Positions 27,897 to 37,368 of a DNA stretch of 64,000 bases are shown here, in pieces (position 1 is the stretch's first letter; each line of letters starts with the position of its first letter). The DNA comes from Candidatus Aceula meridiana (GTDB lineage Bacteria; Omnitrophota; Gorgyraeia; Zapsychrales; Aceulaceae): assembly GCA_030765185.1 (NCBI GenBank), contig JAVCDE010000024.1, forward strand, positions 443,538-507,537, written 5' to 3'. Made by a program: the position numbers and the translations under genes. The notes beneath the pieces were generated by a model. That model made no database searches. It had not been told where the DNA came from and saw only the letters and a list, made by a program, of their open reading frames with translations.

Positions 27897-29372
27897 TTAA
27901 GTATTCTTAATAAATGTTCGCTTTAAAGTGTCGCCTAAGCGTCCTTTTTTGAGCTCTCCCCATAAAGCTGCGAGAATAAGAATTGGCGCTGTTAAAACAA
28001 ACAATATCAACTCTGAAGGCCTAAAAAATTTCACCTCAAAAATGTTCTTCCTTAATATTTTCACAAACCGGCCAGGTGTATAAAAAGAATATCGCATTCT
28101 TCGACCAATTTTTTTTAAGGCAGCGTGACTATACATATCCGAATAAAGCTCTCCTCTGTCTGTCACATGATAGCCCGGAGTTTTTTCGGCAATTTCTTTT
28201 AGCGCTGAAAACTTTTCTATTCTTAATTTATTAAACGTCATTCCGTCAACGCCGATTTCTTTAGCAAACTCCGGAATGCGCAACATCTCTTCTTCAGTTT
28301 CACCGATATTTCCATAAATAAAATATCCATGACAGTAAATCGGATATTTTGTAAGAACCTTAAAAGCCTCTCTGATATCATTAGAATTAAACCCCTTGTT
28401 AAACTGCTCAAGCACCCAGTCATGAGGTGATTCTATTCCTATCAAAAGCGCCTTAAATCCTGCCTTGACCATTTTATCCAAAAGCTGCGGATGCTTGGCA
28501 ATATCAATTCTTGTCTGGGCAATAAAACGCTTATTCAGCTTACGAGCAATAATTTCATCACAAATCTGCTCTGATCTTTTCTTATTGGCAAAAACTTCAT
28601 CATCCCCAAACAAAATAACGCCAGCGGTAGTATTTTCAATTTCATCGACCACAGATTTAATACTGCGTTCAGAATATTTTCGCTTTTGCCCTAGAGGATT
28701 CAAATTAAACGTGCAAAACTTACAATTAAACGGGCATCCTCTCGCTGTCAAAACAGAATCAAAAGAAAGATTCGCAACGCCAACTCCGTTTAGCGATAAA
28801 AGATATTTGTAACGTCTTAGACTTCGATCTGGAGGAACAAGATCTTCCGCGTCGATAAACGGTCTAAAGCCGGTATGAATAAGCTCACCGTTCTCCCTAT
28901 AAGAAATCCCCAAAATATCTTTAAGAGGTACATCACTTAAGATTTCTTTGATCGTAACCTCTCCCTCTCCTCGCACAACGATATCAACTGTTTCGCACCG
29001 ATCAAGCAACTCAACCGCACATTCTGTTGCCTTATACCCACCGACAATTAAAGGAATTTCTTTAGGAATTTTATTTAATAAATCACAAATTTCATCAAAT
29101 TGGCGGTCCCAGGTTAAACTTACTCCGATAAAATCAATTTCTTCTTGCCGAATAAAATCAACTAAATTATTCGTATCAGACAATTCTTTTTCCTGTCTCA
29201 AGTCAAGGACCGTTATTTTCTCCATATAATCCTTGGAGCTTGTGGCGATATACTCAAGACCAACCGGAGGAAAAATCCTCATCGCGCTGGTAGAGCTGCT
29301 TTCAGTGTAAGGATTTAAGAACAAACCATGACTATATTTCTTTTTTTTCTGCGTCTTTTTTACTTCTATCAT
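27897..29372 (-). CDS. Cobalamin-binding radical SAM protein
   Basis: PPVGLEYI, GGY.A, VRGEGE (B12 domain); RGCPFNCKFC; GIES. Confidence 0.9.
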   Translation of the reverse strand: MIEVKKTQKKKKYSHGLFLNPYTESSSTSAMRIFPPVGLEYIATSSKDYMEKITVLDLRQEKELSDTNNLVDFIRQEEIDFIGVSLTWDRQFDEICDLLNKIPKEIPLIVGGYKATECAVELLDRCETVDIVVRGEGEVTIKEILSDVPLKDILGISYRENGELIHTGFRPFIDAEDLVPPDRSLRRYKYLLSLNGVGVANLSFDSVLTARGCPFNCKFCTFNLNPLGQKRKYSERSIKSVVDEIENTTAGVILFGDDEVFANKKRSEQICDEIIARKLNKRFIAQTRIDIAKHPQLLDKMVKAGFKALLIGIESPHDWVLEQFNKGFNSNDIREAFKVLTKYPIYCHGYFIYGNIGETEEEMLRIPEFAKEIGVDGMTFNKLRIEKFSALKEIAEKTPGYHVTDRGELYSDMYSHAALKKIGRRMRYSFYTPGRFVKILRKNIFEVKFFRPSELILFVLTAPILILAALWGELKKGRLGDTLKRTFIKNT

Positions 29373-29390
29373 ATCTTAGATCAACCCCTG

Positions 29391-29792
29391 TTAAAATATT
29401 AACTTATCAGAATCTTCCTTAAGCTTTAAAGTAGCATCCCGCTGTACTTGCTGTAACGTTGCTAATTCCTGGCGAATTTTGATCTTTTTCTGATGATCTT
29501 GCTCGCACAAAACATTTACTTCCGCAATTTCAATTTTTAAAGCATCAAGGACCTTCTGCAAGTCATCTACAGCAGAGACCTCTACGCAAATCGAATCCTT
29601 GATAAACCACATTTTTCTTTTAGCAATGTCGGAATCCTTCTTTTGAATTTCATAAAATTTCTTTTGCCAAGATTGATCAGGACTTGTCGCAAGCTTAAAA
29701 GAGACAACCCAATAATCTTTATTATCCGAGCTGATTCTGATCGAATCTTTATCAATGCCGACAATTTTTATTTCTTGATTCTCGCCACTCAT
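29391..29792 (-). CDS. Hypothetical protein with coiled-coil C-terminus
   Basis: GGGAG SD before ATG 29792; lies between the helicase and radical SAM genes. Confidence 0.65.
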   Translation of the reverse strand: MSGENQEIKIVGIDKDSIRISSDNKDYWVVSFKLATSPDQSWQKKFYEIQKKDSDIAKRKMWFIKDSICVEVSAVDDLQKVLDALKIEIAEVNVLCEQDHQKKIKIRQELATLQQVQRDATLKLKEDSDKLIF

Positions 29793-29854
29793 CTGCCTTT
29801 TTCTCCCTTTCTTAAAAACTTTGATTGGCTTAACAACCAAAATTCTAACTAACC

Positions 29855-31108
29855 TTAACGCCTCCTACGGTTAGAACTATATGTTCTGCGTTGTCCCCTG
29901 CCAGAGCTGCGGGAGCTAAACACCGTTTGAGGCTTATCAAATTTCTCTAGAGAGCTGCCCTCATCAACTGAAAGCGGAATAGTTGCTTTTAACAAGCGTT
30001 CAATATCTTTAACACCTTGTCGTTGGTCAGGCGTAGCAAGCGAAATCGCATGTCCGGCCATTCCGGCGCGTCCGGTGCGACCAATTCTGTGAACATAGTT
30101 CTCTGTATCCTCAGGCAAATCATAATTAACAACTAGCTCAATTCCTACAACATCGATGCCTCGAGAGGCAATGTCAGTTGCAGCTAAAATTCTATATCGG
30201 CCTTTGCGGAATCCTTCTAAGGCTTCCCTGCGCTGGGACAGAGAACGGTCTGAATGGATCTCCGCAGCCCGATGCCCTAAGGCACGAACTGCACGGGCGG
30301 CTTTTTTGGTTCCAATTTTCGTACGGCAAAATAGCAATACTGACCCTCTGTACTGCTTTAGTATTTTTCCTAAAACCTCAATCTTTTTTTCTCTGCGGAC
30401 AATAAATAACTCATGCGATACATCTTCCGCTGAAGTCCCCGGAGGGGCAATTTCCACCTGAACCGGAAACTTCATATAAGAGGTAGCAATACGAACGATT
30501 GTTGATGGCATGGTGGCTGAAAAAAGCATGGTCTGCCGCTTGCCTGTTACAACTTTTAATATTTTCTCAATCTGCGGAGCAAAGCCCATATCCAGCATAC
30601 GGTCAGCTTCATCTAAGACCAAAATGCCAACCTTATCCAGATGAATCTTCCGTTGTTGCATCAAATCGATGAGACGCCCCGGAGTCGCGATAAAAATCCT
30701 TGGATGTTGTTGCAAAGCTCTTATCTGAGTATGGATCGGAGCCCCACCTATCAAAACTACTGTTTTCATATTAAATGGGCGGGCAATTTTAGCAACACTT
30801 TCTTCAACCTGAAAAGCCAATTCTCGGGTTGGAACTAAAATCAACGCCGATAAATTATTTTTAGCAAGATTCTGAACCGTAGGAATAGCAAAAGCCATGG
30901 TCTTGCCTGTCCCGGTCTGCGCGATGCCGATAAAGTCTTTGTCCTCTAAAGCAATCGGTATTGCCTTGTGCTGTATAGGCGTCGCGTTCTTAAATCCTAA
31001 TTGACCAATCTTTTCAATAATCTTTGGGGCAATTCCCAGTCCATAAAAACTAAGCGGTTGTGCATTACCTTCTAGGGTGTCTTTTGTTTCAATTTTTTTG
31101 TTCTTCAT
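29855..31108 (-). CDS. DEAD-box RNA helicase (RhlE-like)
   Basis: AQTGTGKT, PTRELA, DEAD, SAT, HRIGRTGR. Confidence 0.95.
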   Translation of the reverse strand: MKNKKIETKDTLEGNAQPLSFYGLGIAPKIIEKIGQLGFKNATPIQHKAIPIALEDKDFIGIAQTGTGKTMAFAIPTVQNLAKNNLSALILVPTRELAFQVEESVAKIARPFNMKTVVLIGGAPIHTQIRALQQHPRIFIATPGRLIDLMQQRKIHLDKVGILVLDEADRMLDMGFAPQIEKILKVVTGKRQTMLFSATMPSTIVRIATSYMKFPVQVEIAPPGTSAEDVSHELFIVRREKKIEVLGKILKQYRGSVLLFCRTKIGTKKAARAVRALGHRAAEIHSDRSLSQRREALEGFRKGRYRILAATDIASRGIDVVGIELVVNYDLPEDTENYVHRIGRTGRAGMAGHAISLATPDQRQGVKDIERLLKATIPLSVDEGSSLEKFDKPQTVFSSRSSGRGQRRTYSSNRRRR

Positions 31109-31118
31109 TAACTACTCC

Positions 31119-31186
31119 TAAATGAGTCCGCCACTAAATCAATAACGGATGAATTTATCCCGCACTCGCAGGATTTCCTTAGTTTG
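31119..31186. repeat. Two-hairpin element, copy D
   Basis: TAAATGA-GTCCG/CGGAT-GAATTTA-TCCCGC/GCAGGA-TTTCCTTAGTTTG; abuts the helicase SD. Confidence 0.75.
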
Positions 31187-31357
31187 ACTGAGACTTTTGT
31201 GCTCTTTTTTCTTGTGACGCATAATCGCTGTGAACATTACAAAAAGCATCTTCATTGTAAATGCTCAAAGTATGTTTGCAATGAGGATGCTTACATTTTC
31301 TTCCTTTTGGCGAAATTTTTATTTTTTTGATAACAATCCCTTTCGTTTCGAGGGTCC

Positions 31358-31396
31358 AAAAAAACCGCGAAGGTTAGTTGTCTCCCTCGCGGTTTT
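31358..31396 (-). terminator. Terminator-like hairpin in the helicase leader
   Basis: Minus strand AAAACCGCGAGGG...CCTTCGCGGTTTTTTT. Confidence 0.65.
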
Positions 31397-31418
31397 AAGA
31401 TCCTCTAATCTTTCGATT

Positions 31419-31427
31419 ATTATACCA
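31419..31427 (-). promoter_or_regulatory. Extended -10 promoter upstream of the helicase
   Basis: TGGTATAAT on the minus strand. Confidence 0.55.
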
Positions 31428-31454
31428 TGTTATCAAATATAATGTATTTTTTCT

Positions 31455-31540
31455 TAAATGAACACATCTCTTGCGCGACTAAAAGGGAGCGCTAAGATAT
31501 ATGCACGAATTTACCCCGTGTTCGAAACGCATAGGGGTAA
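31455..31540. repeat. Two-hairpin element, copy E (long variant)
   Basis: TAAATGA...GCGC/GCGC...GAATTTA-CCCC..GGGG-TAA. Confidence 0.65.
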
Positions 31541-31569
31541 AAAAAGGCCCATCGTCATGGGCCTTTTTT
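31539..31569 (-). terminator. Intrinsic terminator of the ferredoxin gene
   Basis: AAAAAAGGCCCAT-cgtc-ATGGGCCTTTTTT. Confidence 0.85.
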
Positions 31570-31586
31570 GTATCAAATTTTAATAA

Positions 31587-31772
31587 CTATTCAACCGTAA
31601 TCGCTGCGGCTGGGCAAGCATCTGCTGCGGACTTGCATTTATCTTCTAGTCCTGCAGGAACCTCTGCGGCGTGAACAACTGCCTTATCATTTTCCATCTT
31701 AAAAACCTCAGGGCAAGTATCAACGCAATCCTGACTTCCAACGCATAAATTTTGATCAACTTTTGCTTTCAT
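31587..31772 (-). CDS. Single-cluster ferredoxin (61 aa)
   Basis: AAGGAGGG SD; VDQNLCVGSQDCVDTCPEVF...AADACPAAAI. Confidence 0.9.
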   Translation of the reverse strand: MKAKVDQNLCVGSQDCVDTCPEVFKMENDKAVVHAAEVPAGLEDKCKSAADACPAAAITVE

Positions 31773-31906
31773 TTTTGCTCCCTCCTTTTTTATATTATAA
31801 ATAAAATATTCATTTCTTATTAAGTGGTGGTATTGTACCTCCAGCATAAAATAACCGCAAGTTAAATTACCTTGCCGAACATGCCTATATCGAACTATAA
31901 ATAATA

Positions 31907-31951
31907 TTGTACACGTTGGGTTTGTTTGTTATAATCGGGATTCAAACAAAC
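31907..31951 (+). promoter_or_regulatory. Sigma70 promoter of the MFS operon with an overlapping inverted repeat
   Basis: TTGTAC-17nt-TATAAT (31930-31935); GTTTGTTTG-N14-CAAACAAAC at 31920-31951. Confidence 0.6.
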
Positions 31952-32007
31952 AATTCTTTATTAGAATTATTACTAATTTTATTATTAATTAAGGAGACAG
32001 TGCTTAC

Positions 32008-33750
32008 ATGAATCAGTCAACCCATCATGAAACAGCTCCCGAAGATCGTATTCCGGTTTCTCAAAAACTTGCCTACAGCATGGGATCAATGGCCAATGAC
32101 AGTCAAGCTGCTTGGATTGGCCAAATGGTAGCTATTTTGATCCTTGGCTTAGGCATCAGCCCTGCCTTAGTTGGTCTAATAGGATTTATCCCTCGTATTT
32201 TTGATGGTGTTTTGGATCCCATCATTGGTTTTAGCTCAGATAACGCACGTACAAAATACGGCAGACGCAAACCATTTATTTTCTGGGGGGCTATCATAGC
32301 GGGTATCTGTTATGCGCTTATGTTCCAACTTTATCCTGAAAACAGCAATACCTTCAACGGCTGGTACTTTTTAATATTGCAAGTCATATTTTTTGCGGCT
32401 TTTACTTGCTTTTCCATTCCCTGGCTTGCCTTGGGTTATGAGTTAACCCCTGACTATCATGAACGAACAGCCTTGCAGGGTTGGAGTAGGGTTATGGCGC
32501 AAATACCTTGGCTTATCTCTCCTTGGTGCTGGGCTATTCTCTACAACAAAAATTGGTTTTCTAATCCTCAAACAGGTGAAGCCGATCCTGTTTTGGGAGC
32601 TCGCCTTGTCGCAATTATTATCGGTGGTCTGATCATTGCCGGCGGCGTCCTTCCAGCCATTTTTAATAAAGAACATTTTGCCAATCTTCCTAAGCCAAAG
32701 AAAATAACTGGCGACTTTATTAAGAACCTAACGTCGCAAAGCAAAGAATTTCTTTCCAGGCTTTACATTATTTGCTCTGCACTTGCCTTTCTCTTTTCTT
32801 TTTATATTAGCTCGGAAGCTTTTCCTTGGTTTACCTTACCCGTAAGGTTTGCGGCTATTGCCTTAGGCGGTGCGGTGTTTTCAGGTGTCTTCATGCTACT
32901 CTATGCGGATCCTGTACTTAAAAAATTATTTGATAATATTGCCCTTACGTTTAAAATTAAACTTTTTGTTAAAATTTGTGCAGGCACATTTTTAGTCTTT
33001 AATGGATTCATGCTCTCTTCCACTTTTATTCTTTGGGTTATTTTCTTTCATCTCTTTAAAAATGCTCCTGACACAGGACTGGCTTATTCTGCAGGAGGAA
33101 AACTGCTTGGTGTCTACGGAACTTTTAGTGCGATCTGTATGGCTCTTATTATCCCAAGGATTGTATGGCTTACCAAAAAGCTAGGAAAAAGGAGTGCCTT
33201 TTTTATCACCATCCCCCTTTCTATTGTTGGTTTTGCAATGAAATGGCCTGCATACTTACAAGTCCATCCGGCAAATAGTGAACTCTGGTCCATGTTAAGT
33301 GCACCAGGTTTTATCAACTTCGTGAAAGTTTGCTGGTTTGTTGCCATGGAGCATTGGCTTCTCTTGGCATGTGCACCGTTTATTGCTTTTGGCCTTGGAT
33401 CAATCTTTACTATTTTCTTATCGATGCTCGCAGACACCTGTGATGTTGATGAACTTGAGACAGGAGAACGCCGCGAAGGGATGTTTACCGCAGTCTACTG
33501 GTGGATGGTCAAAATGGGGTTAGCCGTTTCGGGTCTTCTCGGTGGAGCCATGCTCACTTGGACAGGATTTGATCAAGCAAAAGGCACTGGTCAGTCTTTA
33601 GACACGTTGCTATGGATGAGAATTCTTGATGTTAGTATTCCCATAATAGCTTCTTTAATCGCGATTGGCTTTATTACAACTATTAAATTTTCGGAAAAAG
33701 ATGCCTACGAAGTCCGTAGACAGCTAGAAGAACGACGAGGAAAAGCATAA
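32008..33750 (+). CDS. MFS transporter, GPH (MelB-like) family, extended
   Basis: DPIIGFSSD..RTKYGRRKPF, ELTPDYHER, D..D.DEL.TGERREG. Confidence 0.9.
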   Translation: MNQSTHHETAPEDRIPVSQKLAYSMGSMANDSQAAWIGQMVAILILGLGISPALVGLIGFIPRIFDGVLDPIIGFSSDNARTKYGRRKPFIFWGAIIAGICYALMFQLYPENSNTFNGWYFLILQVIFFAAFTCFSIPWLALGYELTPDYHERTALQGWSRVMAQIPWLISPWCWAILYNKNWFSNPQTGEADPVLGARLVAIIIGGLIIAGGVLPAIFNKEHFANLPKPKKITGDFIKNLTSQSKEFLSRLYIICSALAFLFSFYISSEAFPWFTLPVRFAAIALGGAVFSGVFMLLYADPVLKKLFDNIALTFKIKLFVKICAGTFLVFNGFMLSSTFILWVIFFHLFKNAPDTGLAYSAGGKLLGVYGTFSAICMALIIPRIVWLTKKLGKRSAFFITIPLSIVGFAMKWPAYLQVHPANSELWSMLSAPGFINFVKVCWFVAMEHWLLLACAPFIAFGLGSIFTIFLSMLADTCDVDELETGERREGMFTAVYWWMVKMGLAVSGLLGGAMLTWTGFDQAKGTGQSLDTLLWMRILDVSIPIIASLIAIGFITTIKFSEKDAYEVRRQLEERRGKA

Positions 33751-33763
33751 GGCAAGGTGGCGC

Positions 33764-34705
33764 ATGACAAAAAATGTCTCTGATAAAAGTCTAAAATTAA
33801 AACCTCTGATTATTTTTCCCCACCAGGGGTACGAAAACAATAAACAATGTGAATGGTATTTTTGGTGGACCGTTCAGAGGTGTAAAGAAATTGACCCCAA
33901 GCCGATTGTTGTCTTATCCAGAGACACGGTCATCCGAGGCGATGCTGTCTCTTTCATTGAGGATGAAAGATACAAAACTCTTGAGGTAATCCAAACCTGG
34001 TCTGTGGATACGTGCCAGACATGGCTTGCCGGGTGGGGCCATGTGCTTGACAACTACCCGAAAGCCGAAAGGCTTGTGCAAATCCCCGGGGATATTGACT
34101 ATATTCACGAGGACATTGAATTCTACAACAATCTCGGAAACTTTATTGAAACACCTTCCTCAGATATTACCATAGGCGATTTTATAACAGGCGATAAATA
34201 TAGCGCAAAGAGCTTGGTTGACACTTATGGGACCTATTCCCTCCTGGCAAACTGGTTTCCTAAGATCTCGCAAGGCATCAGGTCCCTGCCTTTAAATCGG
34301 CCGCGGTCTGAATTTCTTAATATTAAGACATCTGTTTTAAGTAATCTTTTGATTAATAACAAGAATTTTGCTTATGAACAAACTCTAAACTTTCTTATCA
34401 AAAGCTGGAACTATGAGAAGTTAAATTGGAAATATGATATTTCCATTTTTCCTTTAGGAACCTTATCTGACAATAAATCTTTTAGGGACTACAGAGGATG
34501 CATCGATCAAATTGAAAGAATCGAAAGGATGCTTTCTTTGTTGTGGCGGGAAATTCATGAGCCAAGAAAGCAAGATGGCGTAAGTGATCAAGAATTTGAA
34601 GAGCAATATGCCTTATTCAGCAATGAATATGACAACCTCCGCACCAAATCAAAGGGCATTATGGAAACCGCCCGAACAACCATAAGAGCGCTTTTAGGAG
34701 TATAA
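33764..34705 (+). CDS. Hypothetical protein, possibly GT-A fold
   Basis: Starts 13 nt after the MFS stop; GDID motif; LLANWFP...RPRSEF...AYE loosely resembles GpgS/mannosylglycerate synthases. Confidence 0.55.
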   Translation: MTKNVSDKSLKLKPLIIFPHQGYENNKQCEWYFWWTVQRCKEIDPKPIVVLSRDTVIRGDAVSFIEDERYKTLEVIQTWSVDTCQTWLAGWGHVLDNYPKAERLVQIPGDIDYIHEDIEFYNNLGNFIETPSSDITIGDFITGDKYSAKSLVDTYGTYSLLANWFPKISQGIRSLPLNRPRSEFLNIKTSVLSNLLINNKNFAYEQTLNFLIKSWNYEKLNWKYDISIFPLGTLSDNKSFRDYRGCIDQIERIERMLSLLWREIHEPRKQDGVSDQEFEEQYALFSNEYDNLRTKSKGIMETARTTIRALLGV

Positions 34706-34740
34706 AAAGCGAAGTCTCTCCTTTTAAAAATTTTAGCATC

Positions 34741-34776
34741 AAAAAAAGCCCAGTTCTTTTTAAGAACTGGGCTTTT
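34741..34776. terminator. Bidirectional intrinsic terminator
   Basis: AAAAGCCCAGTTCTT/AAGAACTGGGCTTTT between convergent genes. Confidence 0.85.
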
Positions 34777-34806
34777 GAGTTTGGCCTATTACAATTTAAG
34801 ACGGCA

Positions 34807-37281
34807 TCAGGCCTTAAGAGATTTCACTTTCCAGATTTCGTTGTTATATTCACGAATTGTTCGATCACTTGAAAAAGCATAGGAATGGGAAACATTAATA
34901 ATTGATTTCTTAAACCATTCCTCTCTATCCAAATACAAATTCGAAACAGCATCTTGCGCCGCACAGTAAGAATCAAAATCAGCGCAGATAAAAAAGGGAT
35001 CTGCGTTATAGACGGAATCTAAAACGGGATTAAATAATCCCGGATGATAAGCAGAAAAATAATTCTTTGAAATTAATTCAAGAACCTCTTTTAGTTTTGT
35101 AGACCGATTAATGAAGTCCTCAGGACGATATCCCTGCCGGCGAAGCTGGTCAATTTCTTGCGCATTTTTTCCAAAAATAAAGATGTTCTCTTCACCGACA
35201 AGCTCCGCGATTTCGATATTAGCCCCGTCTAAAGTGCCGATCGTTAAGGCCCCGTTGAGCATAAATTTCATATTGCCTGTTCCGGAGGCCTCGGTCCCGG
35301 CTGTCGAAATTTGCTCGGACAGATCACTGGCGGGGAATATTCTTTCAGCCAGAGAAACACGATAATTTTCCAAAAACACAACTTTCATTTTGTCCTGCAC
35401 CGCTTTATCCCTGTTAACAATATCGGCGATACAATTAATTAATTTTATTGAAAGCTTAGCCATAGAATAACTCGGCGCGGCCTTTCCCCCAACCATAAAC
35501 GTTCGGGGCTGAATAAAACTCTTAGGGTCATTTTTGGCTTTTAAATACTGAGAAATCATAAAAAACGCAAACATCAATTGCCTTTTATATTCGTGAATAC
35601 GTTTAATCTGAATATCAAAAATGCTCTCCGGGTCGATAATAATATTTGTTTTGCTTTTAATATATTCCGCAAGCTCATTTTTGTTCTGCTGCTTTATCTT
35701 CTGCCAGCGTGCGCGGAAGGGATTGTCTTGCGCAAGCGGAAGCAATTTTTTGAGCTGGTCTAAATCCGTGACCCACGTTTTGCCGATGGCCTGCGTTATC
35801 AAGCCGGATAAAGCCGGATTTGCTTTAAGCAGCCACCTTCTTGGAGTAATCCCGTTAGTTTTATTATTAAATTTTTCGGGATAGAGGTCGTTAAAATCTT
35901 TGAGCATTTTGGTTTTCAAAAGTTCTGTGTGCAGCTTGGAAACGCCATTGACTGAAAAACTTCCCACAATAGATAAAAATGCCATTCGGATTTTCTTAGG
36001 ATACCCCTCCTCGACAATGGATACACGCCTCAACAAATCTGTATTGCCCGGATAACGACCCGCGATATCGCTCAAGAACCTTGCATTTATTTCATAAATA
36101 ATTTGAAGATGGCGAGGCAAAATCCGTTCGAACAAGTCAACAGGCCAACATTCCAATGCCTCCGGCATCAAGGTATGATTTGTGTAGGCAAATGTCTTAG
36201 CCGTAACATTCCAGGCCTCATCCCAATCAAAACTATAGTCATCTAACAAAATCCTCATAAGCTCAACAATCGCTATTGAAGGATGCGTGTCATTAAGCTG
36301 TATCGTTGCCTTTTGCGGCAATTCTCTTAAATCGGAATTCTCAGATTTAAAACGGCGGATAATATCTGCGATAGAAGCCGCGGAAAAAAAATATTCCTGC
36401 TGAAGGCGCAACTCCTTGCCCTTGCTGATATCATCGCTGGGATAAAGAACTTTTGAAATATTCTCCGATAAAATCTTTTGTTGGACAGCGCGTTCATAAT
36501 CTCCGTGACGAAAATAATCAAAATCAAATTCTTCTGTGCTGCGCCCGGCCCACAAGCGCAGAGTGTTGACGATATCATTTTTATATCCCGGAATAGGAAA
36601 ATCATATGGAACAGCCAAGACATCATGCGTATCAACCCATCTAAAGTTTAACTGGCCGTTTTTATCAGTATAAGATTCACTGCGGCCATAAAATTGAATC
36701 TTCACTGCATATTCGGGCCTTGCAAACTCCCAAGGACTGCCGTTTTGAAGCCATTCGTCAGGAAGCTCAACTTGATATCCATCTTTTATCTTTTGATTAA
36801 AAATGCCATATTCAAAACGAATTCCGTATCCATGGGCTGGCAACCCCAGCGTTGCAATCGAATCTAAAAAACACGCAGCTAACCGGCCTAGCCCCCCGTT
36901 GCCCAGGCCTGCGTCAAGTTCTTGTTCGCGAAGTTCTTCAGCGTCAAAACCTAATTCTTGCAGGGCAGCCCCTAATTCTTTTTCTAGCCCGAGGTTATAC
37001 ATATAGTTGCCTAATAACCGTCCGATGAGAAATTCCATAGAGAGATAATATACCCGTTTAACATTTTGCTTATGATAGCTCTGCTGGGTTTGGATCCATC
37101 TTTCCACGACTCTATCCCGCACGGCTAAAGCCGTCGCCCAATAATTATCGTTCATCGTGGCAGAATACTTATCTTTTGAAATGGCGTATTCTCTGTTTTC
37201 ATGGAAAGCTACTTTAAGCGCATCTTTATCCATGCTTTTATATTTAACTTTCCAAACCTGATTTTTCGCCTTTTTTGGCAT
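34807..37281 (-). CDS. glgP: Glycogen/alpha-glucan phosphorylase
   Basis: GLGNGGLGRLAACFLDS, KRIHEYKRQ, EASGTGNMKF. Confidence 0.97.
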   Translation of the reverse strand: MPKKAKNQVWKVKYKSMDKDALKVAFHENREYAISKDKYSATMNDNYWATALAVRDRVVERWIQTQQSYHKQNVKRVYYLSMEFLIGRLLGNYMYNLGLEKELGAALQELGFDAEELREQELDAGLGNGGLGRLAACFLDSIATLGLPAHGYGIRFEYGIFNQKIKDGYQVELPDEWLQNGSPWEFARPEYAVKIQFYGRSESYTDKNGQLNFRWVDTHDVLAVPYDFPIPGYKNDIVNTLRLWAGRSTEEFDFDYFRHGDYERAVQQKILSENISKVLYPSDDISKGKELRLQQEYFFSAASIADIIRRFKSENSDLRELPQKATIQLNDTHPSIAIVELMRILLDDYSFDWDEAWNVTAKTFAYTNHTLMPEALECWPVDLFERILPRHLQIIYEINARFLSDIAGRYPGNTDLLRRVSIVEEGYPKKIRMAFLSIVGSFSVNGVSKLHTELLKTKMLKDFNDLYPEKFNNKTNGITPRRWLLKANPALSGLITQAIGKTWVTDLDQLKKLLPLAQDNPFRARWQKIKQQNKNELAEYIKSKTNIIIDPESIFDIQIKRIHEYKRQLMFAFFMISQYLKAKNDPKSFIQPRTFMVGGKAAPSYSMAKLSIKLINCIADIVNRDKAVQDKMKVVFLENYRVSLAERIFPASDLSEQISTAGTEASGTGNMKFMLNGALTIGTLDGANIEIAELVGEENIFIFGKNAQEIDQLRRQGYRPEDFINRSTKLKEVLELISKNYFSAYHPGLFNPVLDSVYNADPFFICADFDSYCAAQDAVSNLYLDREEWFKKSIINVSHSYAFSSDRTIREYNNEIWKVKSLKA

Positions 37282-37368
37282 ATCAACTCTCTTTCGCTAA
37301 AAACTATTTCTAAAAAATGCGCCTCAGAGGATTTACAATCTTTCTTTTCAGATCAATAAAGCAATTAC

